Positions 11,545 through 23,905 of a DNA stretch of 64,000 nucleotides are shown here, piece after piece. The DNA is from Podarcis tiliguerta (lineage: Eukaryota): assembly GCA_965153285.1 (NCBI GenBank), contig OZ229110.1; one strand, given 5' to 3'. Under the pieces are notes generated by a model. It was not told where the DNA came from and made no database searches. It worked only from the letters and a program-made list of their open reading frames with translations. Every line of letters begins with the position of its first letter. The stretch's first letter is position 1. Position numbers and translations under genes: made by a program.

Positions 11545-13450
11545 TCAAGGCCTTTTTGCACCATTTAAAGTTGCATAGTTGCAACTTTTAAAATATGTTT
11601 TGGACAGGTTATCACACAACATCATTCAGCTAGTATGATAAAGTTCTCAAAAACCTACTTTTCCCTACACCGCTTTGAAAAAGATTTTTGGGAAAGATTC
11701 CGGCTGGATCCTCAGTAATTTTCATTGTGTGGAATACATACAGGCATCATCCTGTTTTCTGTGTTGGGGTTGGTTTTGGAGACATCTGTTTTCTGCCACT
11801 TCCCTCTGACTGGTGCATACTGTCAATTTGTGAGCTTAGTTCAGAGGACAGGTTGGGCAGATGGAAGTGTCAAAGTACTGCCCATGACAGCAATCATTAG
11901 CTGCATATAAAATTTCATGACAAGAACAAGGTTGTTGATGTTGGCTATTGCTCAGGGAGTCACAAAGTTCCTCATCTAATCTCCTATACTCCCAACAAGA
12001 TCAGTATTCTGGAATACTAGGCATTAAAAAGTTTTAAGCCAAAAAAGGGGGCATTCCCTTGCACATGTTTATAACTCTGACATTTACTTGCTGGAGGAAC
12101 ATGAGGGTCCATTAGGAGTGTGACTACAATCATGGAACTTTTCTCAGTTCAGGGAAAACCTACACTCATTCAAAATAGCGACATGTGAGTAAAGAAAATA
12201 AAGAAGAGGAAAAGTTGGTGTCCATCACCATATTTCACATGGCAGTGGGTTCCACAGATGGACGATGTACTGTGTGAAGCTCTCACTTTTGACTGTTCTG
12301 AATCTCCCACCATTGTCCTGCCCCTCCGCTGGTCCCCTCACTACACATAGAAATGAATGGCTGAAACCAGGAAATCTCCTCTAAACCAGTATTATTGAAG
12401 AGAAGATTAAAAATAACTGAAGTCTTGAACTTAGAGGCCAACATGTATATGGGTGCAACCTCACAAGCTGAGCAAATATATGACTGACAGAAGGTTCGTC
12501 TGAGTTTGGTGGCACTTACTCCCAAGTAAGTTTGCATAGGACTGTAGCCCTTTTCTTTTCTCATTCACACAGCGAGATAATTGACTCAGACAAGGATAGT
12601 GTGTAGCATAAATGAAAACTGTATGCATACCCAGCCGTCTCGACTGACGTAAGCATAGCTCTTGCCTGGTGAATGGCTAGCATTTTTGTCATAATGAGGT
12701 GCCAGCCACTGCACAAGTCACAACTCGCAAAACTAAGCTGACTTATTTATTTTATTAAGTTACAATGAGTAGATGATATGAGCCAAGGAAACAGTCCTGG
12801 CTAACACATACCAAATAAATTCAAATTAGAAACAGGCTCCTGAAAGCGAACAGTTTTTTCTTTGCCTCAGAAAGTTCAACACATGAAAATGACAGGAAAA
12901 CTCAAGGCCTGCAGTTCAGTAAGAAAGCACAAGCTTGGATAACAAGATGCCCTTAACTGTGCTACAGTGGTAAAACAATGTTCATAAATGTGATGAATTG
13001 ATCTGAGTTAGATAATAAGGATCTTGCCTTCCTCCATATGATAAACCCTCAGATTTAGAGAAAATGTTGGGAAAGCTTTGTTGGAGTTGGTGTCTTTTGT
13101 TCTGAAATGATGAACTTTTGGTCATATTATACTTACACAGTTTTCATTGTAGCTATCTTATTTTTAATTGTGTATATCAGTACAAAGAAGATACAGCGAG
13201 ATTTCAAAAGGCCTCATTATTTGATACCAGTAACCAAACTGGGACCTATTTCACACATAGTAGTTTTCCTACATGGAGGTAGGAAAACAAGTATACACCA
13301 AGGCACCACAAGACACAACTGATCTACAGCATGAGAAGCTTGTTTGCCAATTACAACTTCCCAACCTATGCAGATGGACTAAAATATATGCATTCATGAT
13401 TTGTGCACATAGTAATGTACATGAGCGTTCATGAGCTTTTTCTCTTCCTT

Positions 13451-14001
13451 TGTCATGGACTGGTAGGACGCAGAGGAACCAGTTGGGGAACCACCAAGGG
13501 AAGAAGGCTCAGAGCTGCAGGGACAGGGAAGGTGATGGGTGGTCAGAGACAGGAGAAGACTGGCAGGAGGAAGTGTCAGAAGCTGAGGAGGTGACAAGGG
13601 TGGTTCTGTGGCAGAGGGAAGTCCAGAATCAGAAGCTGAAGCTGGTGAGTGGGAAGGAGGTCAAGAGGCAGAAATGAGTTGGGCTAATGAAGAGTCATGG
13701 GTGTAGCTCCCTCCTGCTGCAACATGCTCAACTTCCCCATCTCTCAGAACAAGGAGAAGCATGAAATGGGGGAAGGAGAGATTGGCTGCCCAGAGGGAAA
13801 AAGCCTTGGAGAGGAGGAAACATAGACAGCTGTGGGGAGCCTTTCAGCCTCAGCAACCGATGGAGAAAGACCCACCAGGAATGAGATGCTGAGCTCATTA
13901 GGCCTGATGCTCAGCCAAGTCTGCGAAGATTGTGTTTTTGCTAGTAAAGAGTGAACTCCAACTTTGGTCTGTGTGATTGCTGACTAGCATGCTGTGTGAC
14001 A
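13451..14001 (+). mobile_element. Solo LTR (Gypsy-like), 551 bp
   Basis: TGTCA...TGACA termini; 5-bp TSD TCCTT/TCCTA; purine-rich body; AGTAAA poly(A)-signal variant near the 3' end. Confidence 0.8.
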
Positions 14002-14130
14002 TCCTAAGGGTTTACCCCCTTGCACACTTGTATGGGGGGGGGGATATTGTGTTGAACGACCCAATGCAATAAAATGGAGTTCACATATTGTAAAGAGATC
14101 ATAAAATAAGTTTGCAGTGTCTCAGAAATC

Positions 14131-14370
14131 TAGGGTTGTCATATATCCCAGTTGTTGTTGTTTTTAGTCAAATTTGTTGAGCCCCCCCCATACGTTTTTG
14201 GGCTTCTCTTGGATTTTTAAAGCTTTATTTTATTTTAAAAATCACCCTACTTGGCATATGTCCAGGTTTTCCCAGCCATTTTGCTGATTCAGCAAAAATC
14301 CGCCCAGACACCCTTTTTGCAGCCTGATTCCTGGATGTGTCCGGGGAAACCTGTACTTATGGCAGCCCTA
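14131..14370. mobile_element. Non-autonomous hAT element
   Basis: Termini TAGGGTTGTCAT / ATGGCAGCCCTA; 8-bp TSD CAGAAATC/CACAAATC. Confidence 0.8.
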
Positions 14371-14642
14371 CACAAATCAGATGTCAGTATCAGTTTATCA
14401 ATGAGAGTCTGTGAGACTCCAGTCCCAGCTATAGAGTTTTGTACAAATGGAAATCAGCAATCAATATCAAATGTCAGAACAGCATTCAGATGAAGTACTT
14501 AGCTACATAAATGATTTATGTCTGTTTCCCAGTGTATGTACAACATTCACTGTCCTTGGTTTTTTAAAAAAGTAACAATATGTTTTAGCGAAGGCAAGCA
14601 AGATGGTTTGAGCATATACAGTAACGCTAATCCTAGCCTGAC

Positions 14643-14810
14643 ACCACTGGCTGCCAACTAGTTTTCAGGCCCAATTAAACAATCTATTGCCTTTTAAACA
14701 GAGTGTGCTTGTGTTTGTTACTTACTATGTTATGTGTTTTGTGTTTTTATATTAGAAATTACCTTGCAATCCTCAGGTGAAGGGAGGTATACAAATTCAA
14801 TAAATAAAAT
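14643..14810 (+). mobile_element. L2 LINE 3' end, old
   Basis: HWLP-encoding cactggctgcca, T-rich 3' UTR, gaagggaggtatacaaattcaataaataaa tail. Confidence 0.5.
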
Positions 14811-15291
14811 ACATTCTTAACTTATGGGGGGGGGGGGAGAACAACCACACTTTTCCAGCTAAGATATCTTAACAACAGAATTCAAATAACCAAAAATGCT
14901 CCAGGACTAATGAAATAACTAGATTTAACATGCCCACAACCCAAGCAGACATCTAACGCATTGCTTTAACTGTGTGATTATTTAATGCATTATTATTTCT
15001 CAGATGGCCCCTACAGTCATGCTGTTTATACAAATGTTCGCTGGCAACTTTGCACTCAGTATATATAATTTTACTGTTTGAACTTAAAAGTCACAAGGCT
15101 GAAATAAAAAGGCATGGGTGGCGCCTTGCCATACTGCCCCTGGAGAACAAGAGGCCGACAGCTCATGATTCGGTGCCAACAGGTTGCTGGGAACTCGACT
15201 AAACGGAGCAGCAATAAGTCTACACAGTGGAGCTTTGCTGAAAGATGTGATCACACCTCCTAATGTGACTCCATGGCTCTGTTACTTACAG

Positions 15292-15498
15292 CTAAATTAC
15301 ATTATTATGACTTCNNNNNNNNNNNNNNNNNNNNNNNNNNNNNNNNNNNNNNNNNNNNNNNNNNNNNNNNNNNNNNNNNNNNNNNNNNNNNNNNNNNNNN
15401 NNNNNNNNNNNNNNNNNNNNNNNNNNNNNNNNNNNNNNNNNNNNNNNNNNNNNNNNNNNNNNNNNNNNNNNNNNNNNNNNNNNNNNNNNNNNNNTGTT
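15292..15498 (+). CDS. Putative internal coding exon of an unidentified host gene (mostly N)
   Basis: Acceptor ctctgttacttacag| at 15291 and donor |GTGAGG at 15499; 207 nt, phase 1-1 if the gap size is exact; reads xKLHYYDF-(60 unknown codons)-C. Confidence 0.45.
15315..15494. other. Run of 180 N (gap or masked sequence)
   Basis: Direct reading. Confidence 0.99.
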
Positions 15499-15954
15499 GT
15501 GAGGATTTGCTTGTTACAATCTAATTATATTGGCACTGAAAGCAAAATTATATTATAAAGCACTTTAACTCTTTCACGGGAACAGATTTGCATATGTTAA
15601 GTGTCCTCATTGCCATTGGTTTATTAGCCTTTTCATCAGAAAATATCTCTTGGAATTGTATGCTGAAGATAAGAATTTCTGTGGTGTTACCACTTTATCT
15701 TCACTGGAATGTGGCTTTCAGTTCATTAAAATATTCTCTCAAAATATGGGATGTGAAACTACCATATAGTAATATGAACAATTAGGAGTCCCGTGGCACC
15801 ATTAATATTAGGTTTTTTTATTGTGGCATAAGCTTTCATGGGCAGAAGCCCACTTTCTCAGAAAAAACAACAACAGCAGTGTTGTTTGCATCACTTACCT
15901 TGTCCGTTCATACTTGTAGGATTCCTAGCCATGGATTTCATGTGAATGGCAGTA

Positions 15955-16179
15955 CAGTGGTACCTTGGGTTACATACGCTTCAGGTTACATACGCTTCAG
16001 GTTACAGACTCCACTAATCCAGAAATAGTGCTTCAGGTTAAGAACTTTGTTTCAGGATGAGAATTGAAATTGTGCTCCGGCGGTCCAGCGGCAGCAGGAG
16101 GCCCCATTAGCTAAAGTGGTGCTTCAGGTTAAGAACGGACCTCCGGAACGAATTAAGTACTTAACCCGAGGTACCACTG
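15955..16179. mobile_element. Tc1/mariner (Tigger-like) MITE, family copy 1
   Basis: TIR CAGTGGTACCT...AGGTACCACTG, TA TSD; highly similar copies at 41379 and 51210 in the opposite orientation. Confidence 0.93.
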
Positions 16180-16504
16180 TATCTGCAGTCCTTAAATCAT
16201 ATAGTCAGGAATACAGTGCCATTTATATAAAAGAAGCTAATATAGATAGTTGCTTACATCAGACAAAAGTTGGTAATAATTCATTCATGTTAGCTGACAC
16301 AGTACATATTTCTCTATCCCTGCAGTGAACTTGTTCTAGAGCAAAGAAGCCTATGCAGACTTTGTAGTCCAGAGGATGCTCCTTGAGCTATGGTACATTA
16401 ACCAGAATGACACAGTCTGCTGTAACAGATAAAAGAATCAAAAGATGAACTGTGCAGTGTGGTTCTCTGTGAGTCATGGTGTCGGAGGCAAATAATGCAC
16501 CAAC

Positions 16505-16562
16505 TCTGCAGAAGCTGAGCAGGTCTTGGTTTGGTGTGGTGTGGGAGACTGCTTGGGAACCC
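16505..16562 (+). mobile_element. 5S rRNA-derived SINE head or 5S pseudogene fragment
   Basis: gaagctgagcagg...tgggagactgcttgggaac resembles the 5S internal region GAAGCTAAGCAGGG...TGGGAGACCGCCTGGGAATAC. Confidence 0.5.
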
Positions 16563-16720
16563 TATAGAATATACATTGGCTGGATGTAGATATAATGAGT
16601 AATGCTTAAGTCAGTACTCAAGACACAATGTCAGATTTAACTAACTTGATCACTGATATTGAGAAATTGTTATGGGACTATAAATGTTCCTTATTGTCTA
16701 CATTCGGAAAGTGACTAGAA

Positions 16721-17307
16721 TCATAGAATCATAGAATCATAGAGTTGGAAGAGACCACAAGGGCCATTGAGTCCAACCTCCTGCCAAGCAGGAAACACCA
16801 TCAGAGCACTCCTGACATATGGTTGTCAAGCCTCTGCTTAAAGACCTCCAAAGAAGGAGACTCCACCACACTCCTTGGCAGCAAATTCCACTGTCGAACA
16901 GCTCTTACTATCAGGAAGTTCTTCCTAATGTTTAGGTGGAATCTTCTTTCTTGTAGTTTGGATCCATTGCTCCGTGTCCACTTCTCTGGAGCAGCAGAAA
17001 ACAACCTTTCTCCCTCCTCCATGTGACATCCTTTTATATATTTGAACATGGCTATCATATCACCCCTTAACCTCCTCTTCTCCAGGCTAAACATGCCCAG
17101 CTCCCTTAGCCGTTCCTCATAAGCATCGTTTCCAGGCCTTTGACCATTTTGGTTGCCCTCCTCTGGACACGTTCCAGTTTGTCAGTGTCCTTCTTGAACT
17201 GTGGTGCCCAGAACTGGACACAGTACTCCAGGTGAGGTCTGACCAGAGCAGAATACAGTAGCACTATTACTTCCCTTGATCTAGATGCTATACTCCTATT
17301 GATGCAT
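16721..17307 (-). mobile_element. Young 5'-truncated CR1 LINE
   Basis: ORF 16801-17094 MFSLEKRRLRGDMIAMFKYIKG...FKQRLDNH is the CR1 ORF2 C-terminus; (ATTCTATG)n tail; 9-bp TSD TGACTAGAA at 16712-16720 and 17308-17316. Confidence 0.96.
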
Positions 17308-17639
17308 TGACTAGAACCACAAATGTCAAGAACCTCATATTTTGTGCTTTACACAAACATATAGAATTTACTTATACAATTTCTTGGTTTTATTATTATG
17401 GGTCAAATGAAACCACTACCTAAGGCTGTGCCAAATGTTCTTGGACCAGTACTTTTGGTATATAGGGGAATTTGGGGGAGGGGGGCTTGCTCTCTCTGCT
17501 ATAGATGTCCTCTGTGAGGGCATTCTTGTGTCCTCCATGGCAATCATCCCATATTAATTTACATTTAAAATCCTTCATCAGTTCAAATCCCGGAGTGGTT
17601 TACAACAGCATTCTGCCCATCTGCAATTCTCAGGGGAGG

Positions 17640-17669
17640 GAGGGAGAGAGAGAGAGAGAGAGAGAGAGA
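17640..17669 (+). repeat. (GA)n microsatellite
   Basis: Direct reading. Confidence 0.9.
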
Positions 17670-18553
17670 TCTAAGGTCTCCTCCCACTGATCTTCATTGC
17701 TCACTGCAGATTTGAACCTGCCAACGTGTAACCAACCACTATGCCACAATGGCTTCCAAACCATATACTGCACAACTGTATGGATTTCACTCACAGAGAA
17801 GTGTCCATTTTTCATAGGAATAAACCAAGGTCTGGGGAGATTGCATTATTCAGCCAAGAGCTTGTGGCAGGCCCAAGCCCTTAGGTTTAACTGAAAAGCT
17901 GACCTTGTTACCTAATTATAATATATTTCACTTTCCTATTATTAGTCTGCAGTGTCTGAAAACGATGCTGTTTCAGCTGGATTTAATGTTATGCGTGTTC
18001 CAGTTATATATACTTTTTTCTGGGAAAATATTTAATACAAAATCAATTACTAATAAAAGGGAATTTGAACCCAAAGGAGACTCCCCCCAGAAAACCAATT
18101 TTCAGTGGCAATGTGACCCATTAATGAGCTCTGCTCTGTGCTGCCATTGTGCTGAGTGCCTCCTAATGAAATACAGCAGGTTAATGGTTGTGGTACAGTG
18201 GACTTAAATATGAACCACAGCAGGTGTGTATCTTAATGAGGTGTTAATAGTGCGGCAGGTGCATGTAAATAAGGAACACTGAGGGTAGTAATGGGTGAGT
18301 CAAGAGGGCCAAGTACCGAAAACATTGAAAGCTGGAACACACATAATGGCTCGTTTACGCTCTGATTGTTTGCAATGCAATGTTTGCTCCCCAGCAAGTG
18401 AATCTGGAAAAGTATTTTAAATGATCACATTGTCCTCACAGAGTTCTATTTAGAAGATATTTCAAGGCATTTGTGGCAATGTCTAGTGCATTGAGGCTGG
18501 GCAGAAAACTCCAGCTTTTACTCATTCCATCCTACTGCCACTGTTTTTGTTTC

Positions 18554-18985
18554 TTGGGATGGGCAAAAATGCCCATTTCAGTTACTCCGTGTTTTTCATT
18601 TTTTTAAATCTTCACTTCTCCACATTTCTAAATCTGCTTCATTGAGGGAAAAAAGTTCTCATGAAAATTCATCAGCATTTTAGTGTGAATTTCTCCTAAT
18701 TTACACATTTTTGCATGCAGTTTTTCCTAAAATACACATTTTTGTATCTTCCCCTAATATAATGTATTTTTGCATGTTACTTTCACTAATATATGCATTT
18801 TTATGCACACTTTAATCTAATAACTGTTGTGCACATTACCTGACTGGAGATTTGCGTTATAAAATTTGGAGAAGTGCAAATTTCAAAAGATATCTGTGCT
18901 TCGGGTTACATACCAGTTCAGAAAGTATGCAACTGGTAAGTTAGCCTTTAGATGCAAACTGAATTGAATTTCTGCTCCATCCCTG
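18554..18985. mobile_element. AT-rich non-autonomous DNA transposon (hAT-like), degraded
   Basis: Termini ..GGGATGG / CCATCCCTG; internal repeated cctaa..tacacattttt units; related piece at ~2820-2985. Confidence 0.5.
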
Positions 18986-19269
18986 ATCACCACTTCAAAA
19001 GCTTTTCAGTGATGTTATTCCTAACAAATTAAATGTCCTCTTCTTAGCTCTGTTTCTACTTTACTTGTCTGCTGCTTGTAGCACCAACCTCACTGCTCAC
19101 AATATCTTTCTACCACCTTGGCAGAAAGGAAAGCATTCCTTCCTTCTTCTGTTTTATCTTTCCAATATTTTCTCTTACAAAAATCACGCCACTAGTCCAG
19201 AAAAACTCATTCTGCTTGTCCCATTGGAATCAATGGGATACAATATCCTCAGGTAAGATAGAAAAAATT

Positions 19270-19435
19270 GCTCAGTGGCAGAGCAGCTACTTTCAATGTG
19301 AAAGGTCCCTGGTTCAGTTCCTGGAACCTCAAGGCAAGGCAGAGAGAGGCCGCAGCCTAAAACCCTGGTGAGTCACTGTCTATCATTGTTGATAATACTG
19401 GGCTAGATGGTCAGCTTTCTGAGTTTCTATGTTCT
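19270..19435 (+). mobile_element. Squam3-type SINE
   Basis: A box gctcagtggcagagca, B box ggttcagttcc, then aaaccctgg...aatactgggctagatgg. Confidence 0.75.
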
Positions 19436-19647
19436 TTTCCTGCTGCTCATATTTCCTGCTGGGAAGATCTCCAACATCTCAGGTTAAATATGATGAAAAG
19501 CAGAGCTCCTGATCTCTTCCCCAGCACCATACCCCAGCTCTCTTTCCTTACAGCTAGAAAGGCACTGTTTTAGTGTATTTTAAGAAGTTTACATTTTGTA
19601 CTCTGTTGCATAGGAGTCAAATCCCAGGGGCTGTGGGGGCTTCGGCC

Positions 19648-19692
<45 letters not shown>

Positions 19693-20265
19693 TATTTATA
19701 CCCGGGTTTCCCCACCCACTCTGGGCGGCTTCCAACAAAACACTAAAATACAATAACCTATTAAACATTAAAAGCTTCCCTAAACAGGGCTGCCTTTAGA
19801 TGTCTTCTAAAAGTTTGGTAGTTATTTTTCTCTTTGACATCGGTGGGAGGGTGTTCCACAGGGCGGGTGCCACTACCGAGAAGGCCCTCTGCCTGGTTCC
19901 CTGTAACTTGGCTTCTCGCAGCGAGGGAACCGCCAGAAGGCCCTTGGCACTGGACCTCAGTGTCCGGGCAGAACGATGGAGGTGGAGACGCTCCTTCAGG
20001 TATACTGAACCAAGGCCATTTAGGGCTTTAAAGTCAGCATCAACACTTTGAATTGTGCTCGGAAATGTACTGGAAGCCAGTGTAGGTCTTTCAAGACCGG
20101 TTTTATATGGTCTCAGCGGCCACTCCCAGCCATCAGTCTAGCTGCCACATTCTGGATTAGTTGTAGTTTCCGGGTCACCTTCAAAGGTAGCCCCACATAG
20201 AGCACATTGCAGTAGTCGAAGCGAGAGATAACCAGAGCATGTACCACTCTGGCAAGACAGCTCAC
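19648..20265 (-). mobile_element. L2-clade LINE, 5'-truncated, with (TTA)n tail
   Basis: HALVISRFDYCNVLYVGLPLKVTRKLQLIQNVAARL; (ATA)n at 19648-19691; high similarity to 28441-28904. Confidence 0.93.
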
Positions 20266-20510
20266 GCCCCCCCCCCCCCCCAAGATGACGAGCATTCCCA
20301 TTCAAATGGTTTTGTGCGCACTGTGTCATGTGATCGGTTATGCAGGGGAAGGTCTTTCCTGGGCCCCCACAATATTTTATTCAAGTTGGCACCCCTGCTC
20401 TGTTGTAAAAGAGGATGGAGTACAATAGAACAGGATTGTAGAAGTATAACGGCTCGTTGAGAATCTCAAAAACAAAATATGGAAGCTGCCACCACCACTG
20501 CTAAAGGAAA

Positions 20511-20566
20511 CAATAATGAATAGTAGGCCTAGCCCCTTCAATAATGAACAGTGGGCCTAGCCCCTA
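20511..20566 (+). repeat. 28-bp tandem duplication
   Basis: caataatgaatagtaggcctagcccctt / caataatgaacagtgggcctagccccta. Confidence 0.85.
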
Positions 20567-23500
20567 TTTGAAGGCCTGAATTTACTCCTTCTTTACTCCC
20601 TCACAACAGTCACCAAAATAATAATGTTAGAAGTTTTCATATCAGCCTAAGTCTGCCCCTGGCTGGCAGTGGTATGGCTTGCTAGAGCCATGCAGCCACC
20701 ACTGCAACCACAGACCCATTGCTTGCACAGGCCAGGGAGGAAGGTGGGAAGCAATAAGGATGAGGATGCCCCTTTACTGTGCCAGATCCCAGACTGACAT
20801 AGTAAAGAGGCCTGGACTGCCCCTGTTGCTATCAGAACCACCCCTCACAATGCCCCATTGTGGGTGAGGGAGGTTTCCTCTGGCAGGGACACTGCTGGCA
20901 GTAGCTTCCTACCTGCTGCTTGCATGGGTACTTTGGGGTGCTCCTTGCTTGTGGGTCTTTCCCACCAATAAGAAAGCTCCTCCACCAGTGAGGGATGATG
21001 GAGGGACACTTTAACTCCACATAAATCCCTTCTGTTGAAGAGCATCTGTGCCTTGGATCGCTCTGGAAAACAGTTTCTCTTCGAAAGCCTGGTCTAAATC
21101 CAAATTAATAGATCTAGATCAGGAGAGGGCAGACTTCAGACTTGTTAAATCTCCTTTGTTTTTGTGCTTTGCATCTGTGTGCAATGTTTATTCTTCACTA
21201 AAACTTCAGCCAGAGCCAGATGCAAAATAGAAATAAGGAACATTCAGAGCCTAGGAATTTGTTTTCACTACCAGAGCAGGACACAAACCTTTCATACAAA
21301 AAGAAACTCTTGGTGGGTTTTCTTCATTTTAGCAACTGAAATTAGGGGGGGAAAGCAGTTTTGTTTGTTGCTATCGTTAAACAATTGGGTGTCAGAAACA
21401 TTTACTGATTTACTGCGGATCAGCCCAAGGTCTACCAGTAGTTTCCGGACTGTCTACCTTCTGCTCACCCCTCAACTAGAATGTGGTTGTTGCTTTAAAG
21501 AGTAATTATAGACATTTCACTTCATAAGATTTCAGTATTTATAACTTTTCCACCTATTGAACTGCTCCATTTATATGGAACAAGAGAAATTATAGATCCA
21601 AGCCTTGGGTGAAAAGTAGAAAAGAAACCTTGCATTGAGAAGCCAGGGTCGGGGAGAAAACATATGTTAGTCTTGTGAGGTGTTCATTTCTGTTCAATTT
21701 GTGAGTGAAGCTGACAGGCACTTTAGACAACTTACCATGACACCGGGTGCCATAAACGTGACGCAGAGATCCATAAATGTGACAGAGTGTTTCTAAAAGA
21801 ACCACCGACATTTAAAGCATCATTCTCATTCTCCAAAAGTGGAATATTTACTGTAAGTGCAGATTGTTGAGTTCTGGTGGGTAATCTGCTACCTGCACTG
21901 CTGTAATGTGTTTGTGAATACTCATAACAAGTATGCAAATTATCAGCCTCCATGACTTGACTGTGCTGCAAACCAGAGCTGACAGCACAATAGAATACAA
22001 TAAAAGGAAGTGTCAGCATTGCACTCTGAATGCTGGAACATAGAGAAACAAACACCATGAGTGCAAACCAAAATAAATATATGTAATTGACAAGTGTACA
22101 GTATCACGTATAGCTCCTTGCAGTATCCTGTTTATTATAGGAGCCAGCCAAGTATAGAGGCATGCCCCCAGCACCCAAACAATTTAAAAAGAAGATGGGA
22201 ATTGGCAGGTGTACATTCCCCTCCCCCCATATATATATTAGCAAAACGTAATCAGAAAGCTAAGTTAAATTATTGCACAAACAAACAAACAAAATGATTG
22301 TTAAGAGATAATTGGGGCAGAAAAGTTGGATTTCTCAAAGCAGACATCACTCTTACAGGATTGGGACCGCCATCCATAATCCAATATAATACTTCAAATT
22401 ATGGACAGAATAAGAGAAGACGAGGAAAGAGGGATATTGATCTTCTTTCCCTCCTCTTCCTTCAGCTTACAGGATTTTTCCTCTGTACCCCATTATGCCT
22501 CAACAATCAGGAAAAAGACCCCCTTTTGCTTATTCTGCTGATAAAGCCCTAGAGGCAGAGAGGTAAAAGCAGCAGACCTGTTGCAAGGAGGCCTCTGTGA
22601 CTGGACCCCTATCTTCACTATGCCCCCTTGGATGGCTTCTGGGATGTGGGCACGGGATTGCTGCCGAAATCATTTCACAGTTTTGAAATATGATTGAGGT
22701 TCATTTTAGGGGAAAGCAGAGAAACAGTATAGGAGATTGTGCAGGCCATGAGTGTATGGAGGTTTCATTCTGATTCTAAAACGTTAGGATGTTCACATAA
22801 GCATTTGACTATTCATACGCATTTCTTCATAGACTCTATGTGCAACATACAGTTCATTTTTTCATCTCATTGTTAAGTGCAATATGTGAATGCTGGTAAG
22901 TGCTGATTAGTTTAAGATTAGAAATGAATGCATTAAAGGCCACATGAAGCTAGAATTCATGGAAACTGCGTGCTGCAGCTTAATAAACTGGAATCAGGAA
23001 CTGGTGTAAACTAGAGGATGCTACATTTTGTTCACTTCTAAGTCACAGCTTGTTTTTATTTTTCCTTATTTATCTTTTCTTGCCACACAGTTTAAGCTAG
23101 TGTGCTTAGTTGGAAAAACATGTTTAATTGCACTTTACAGATATTCTCATTTGAAAAGAAGAAAAATGTTTTTCAAATAAAGTTCTAAAATGTTTAGGGA
23201 AACATCTGGACATTTTTTTATAAAAAGAATATGAGAGACATGTAGAACCTCAGATTCTTTAGAAGGCTGCATGTTACAAATGTATTTGATACCATGGAAG
23301 AAACAGCCCACACAATAATTTGTTCTCACTCTTTTAATGTAAAGCAGTCTCTGTTGCTAAACACAAATTTGATACAGTGGAATTCACTTCCGTTACATTC
23401 TAAATCTGAAGTCAATATGAAAAATATATTTTTCATTTGGTGTTTCAAATTTATTTTTATTCCTTTATTTTAAAAAAGAAAAGAGAAACTGTTTACAATT

Positions 23501-23717
23501 GGGCTCAATTTAATTTAATCTGAAGACTCTTTCTCACATGATAACATGTAGCAGGAACAAATAGTTGTGCAAGTGATGCATGAGTCAGCTTTTCAAGGCC
23601 TATTGCCTTGACTCAAAATGGGGACTCACCAGGAGCAGGATATGAACACTCCCATATATACTATGTTTCACACAATAAGGGATTATTTCTCAGAAACCCC
23701 TATATCTAGAGGGACAA

Positions 23718-23905
23718 CACAGTGTTGTGGTTTGAGTGTCCCAATTCAGCCTGAAACTCCTTGGGTGACCTTGAGCCAATAACTGTCTTTCAGCTGAACC
23801 TACCTCAAACAGTGGTTTTGAGAATAAAAATGGCGGCAGCAGTGTGGGGAGAAAACAATGTATGCCACTTTGAGTGCTGTGGATGAAAGGAAGTTTATAA
23901 ATGTC
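23718..23905 (+). mobile_element. CORE-type (MIR-like) SINE
   Basis: gggtgaccttgagccaa...aacctacctca...gttttgagaataaaa CORE-like segment and L2-type tail. Confidence 0.6.

Noticed and set aside
12288-12341. 54-nt minus-strand AG...GTGAG candidate exon
   Set aside because: Weak acceptor, unrecognised peptide, opposite strand to the better exon candidates.
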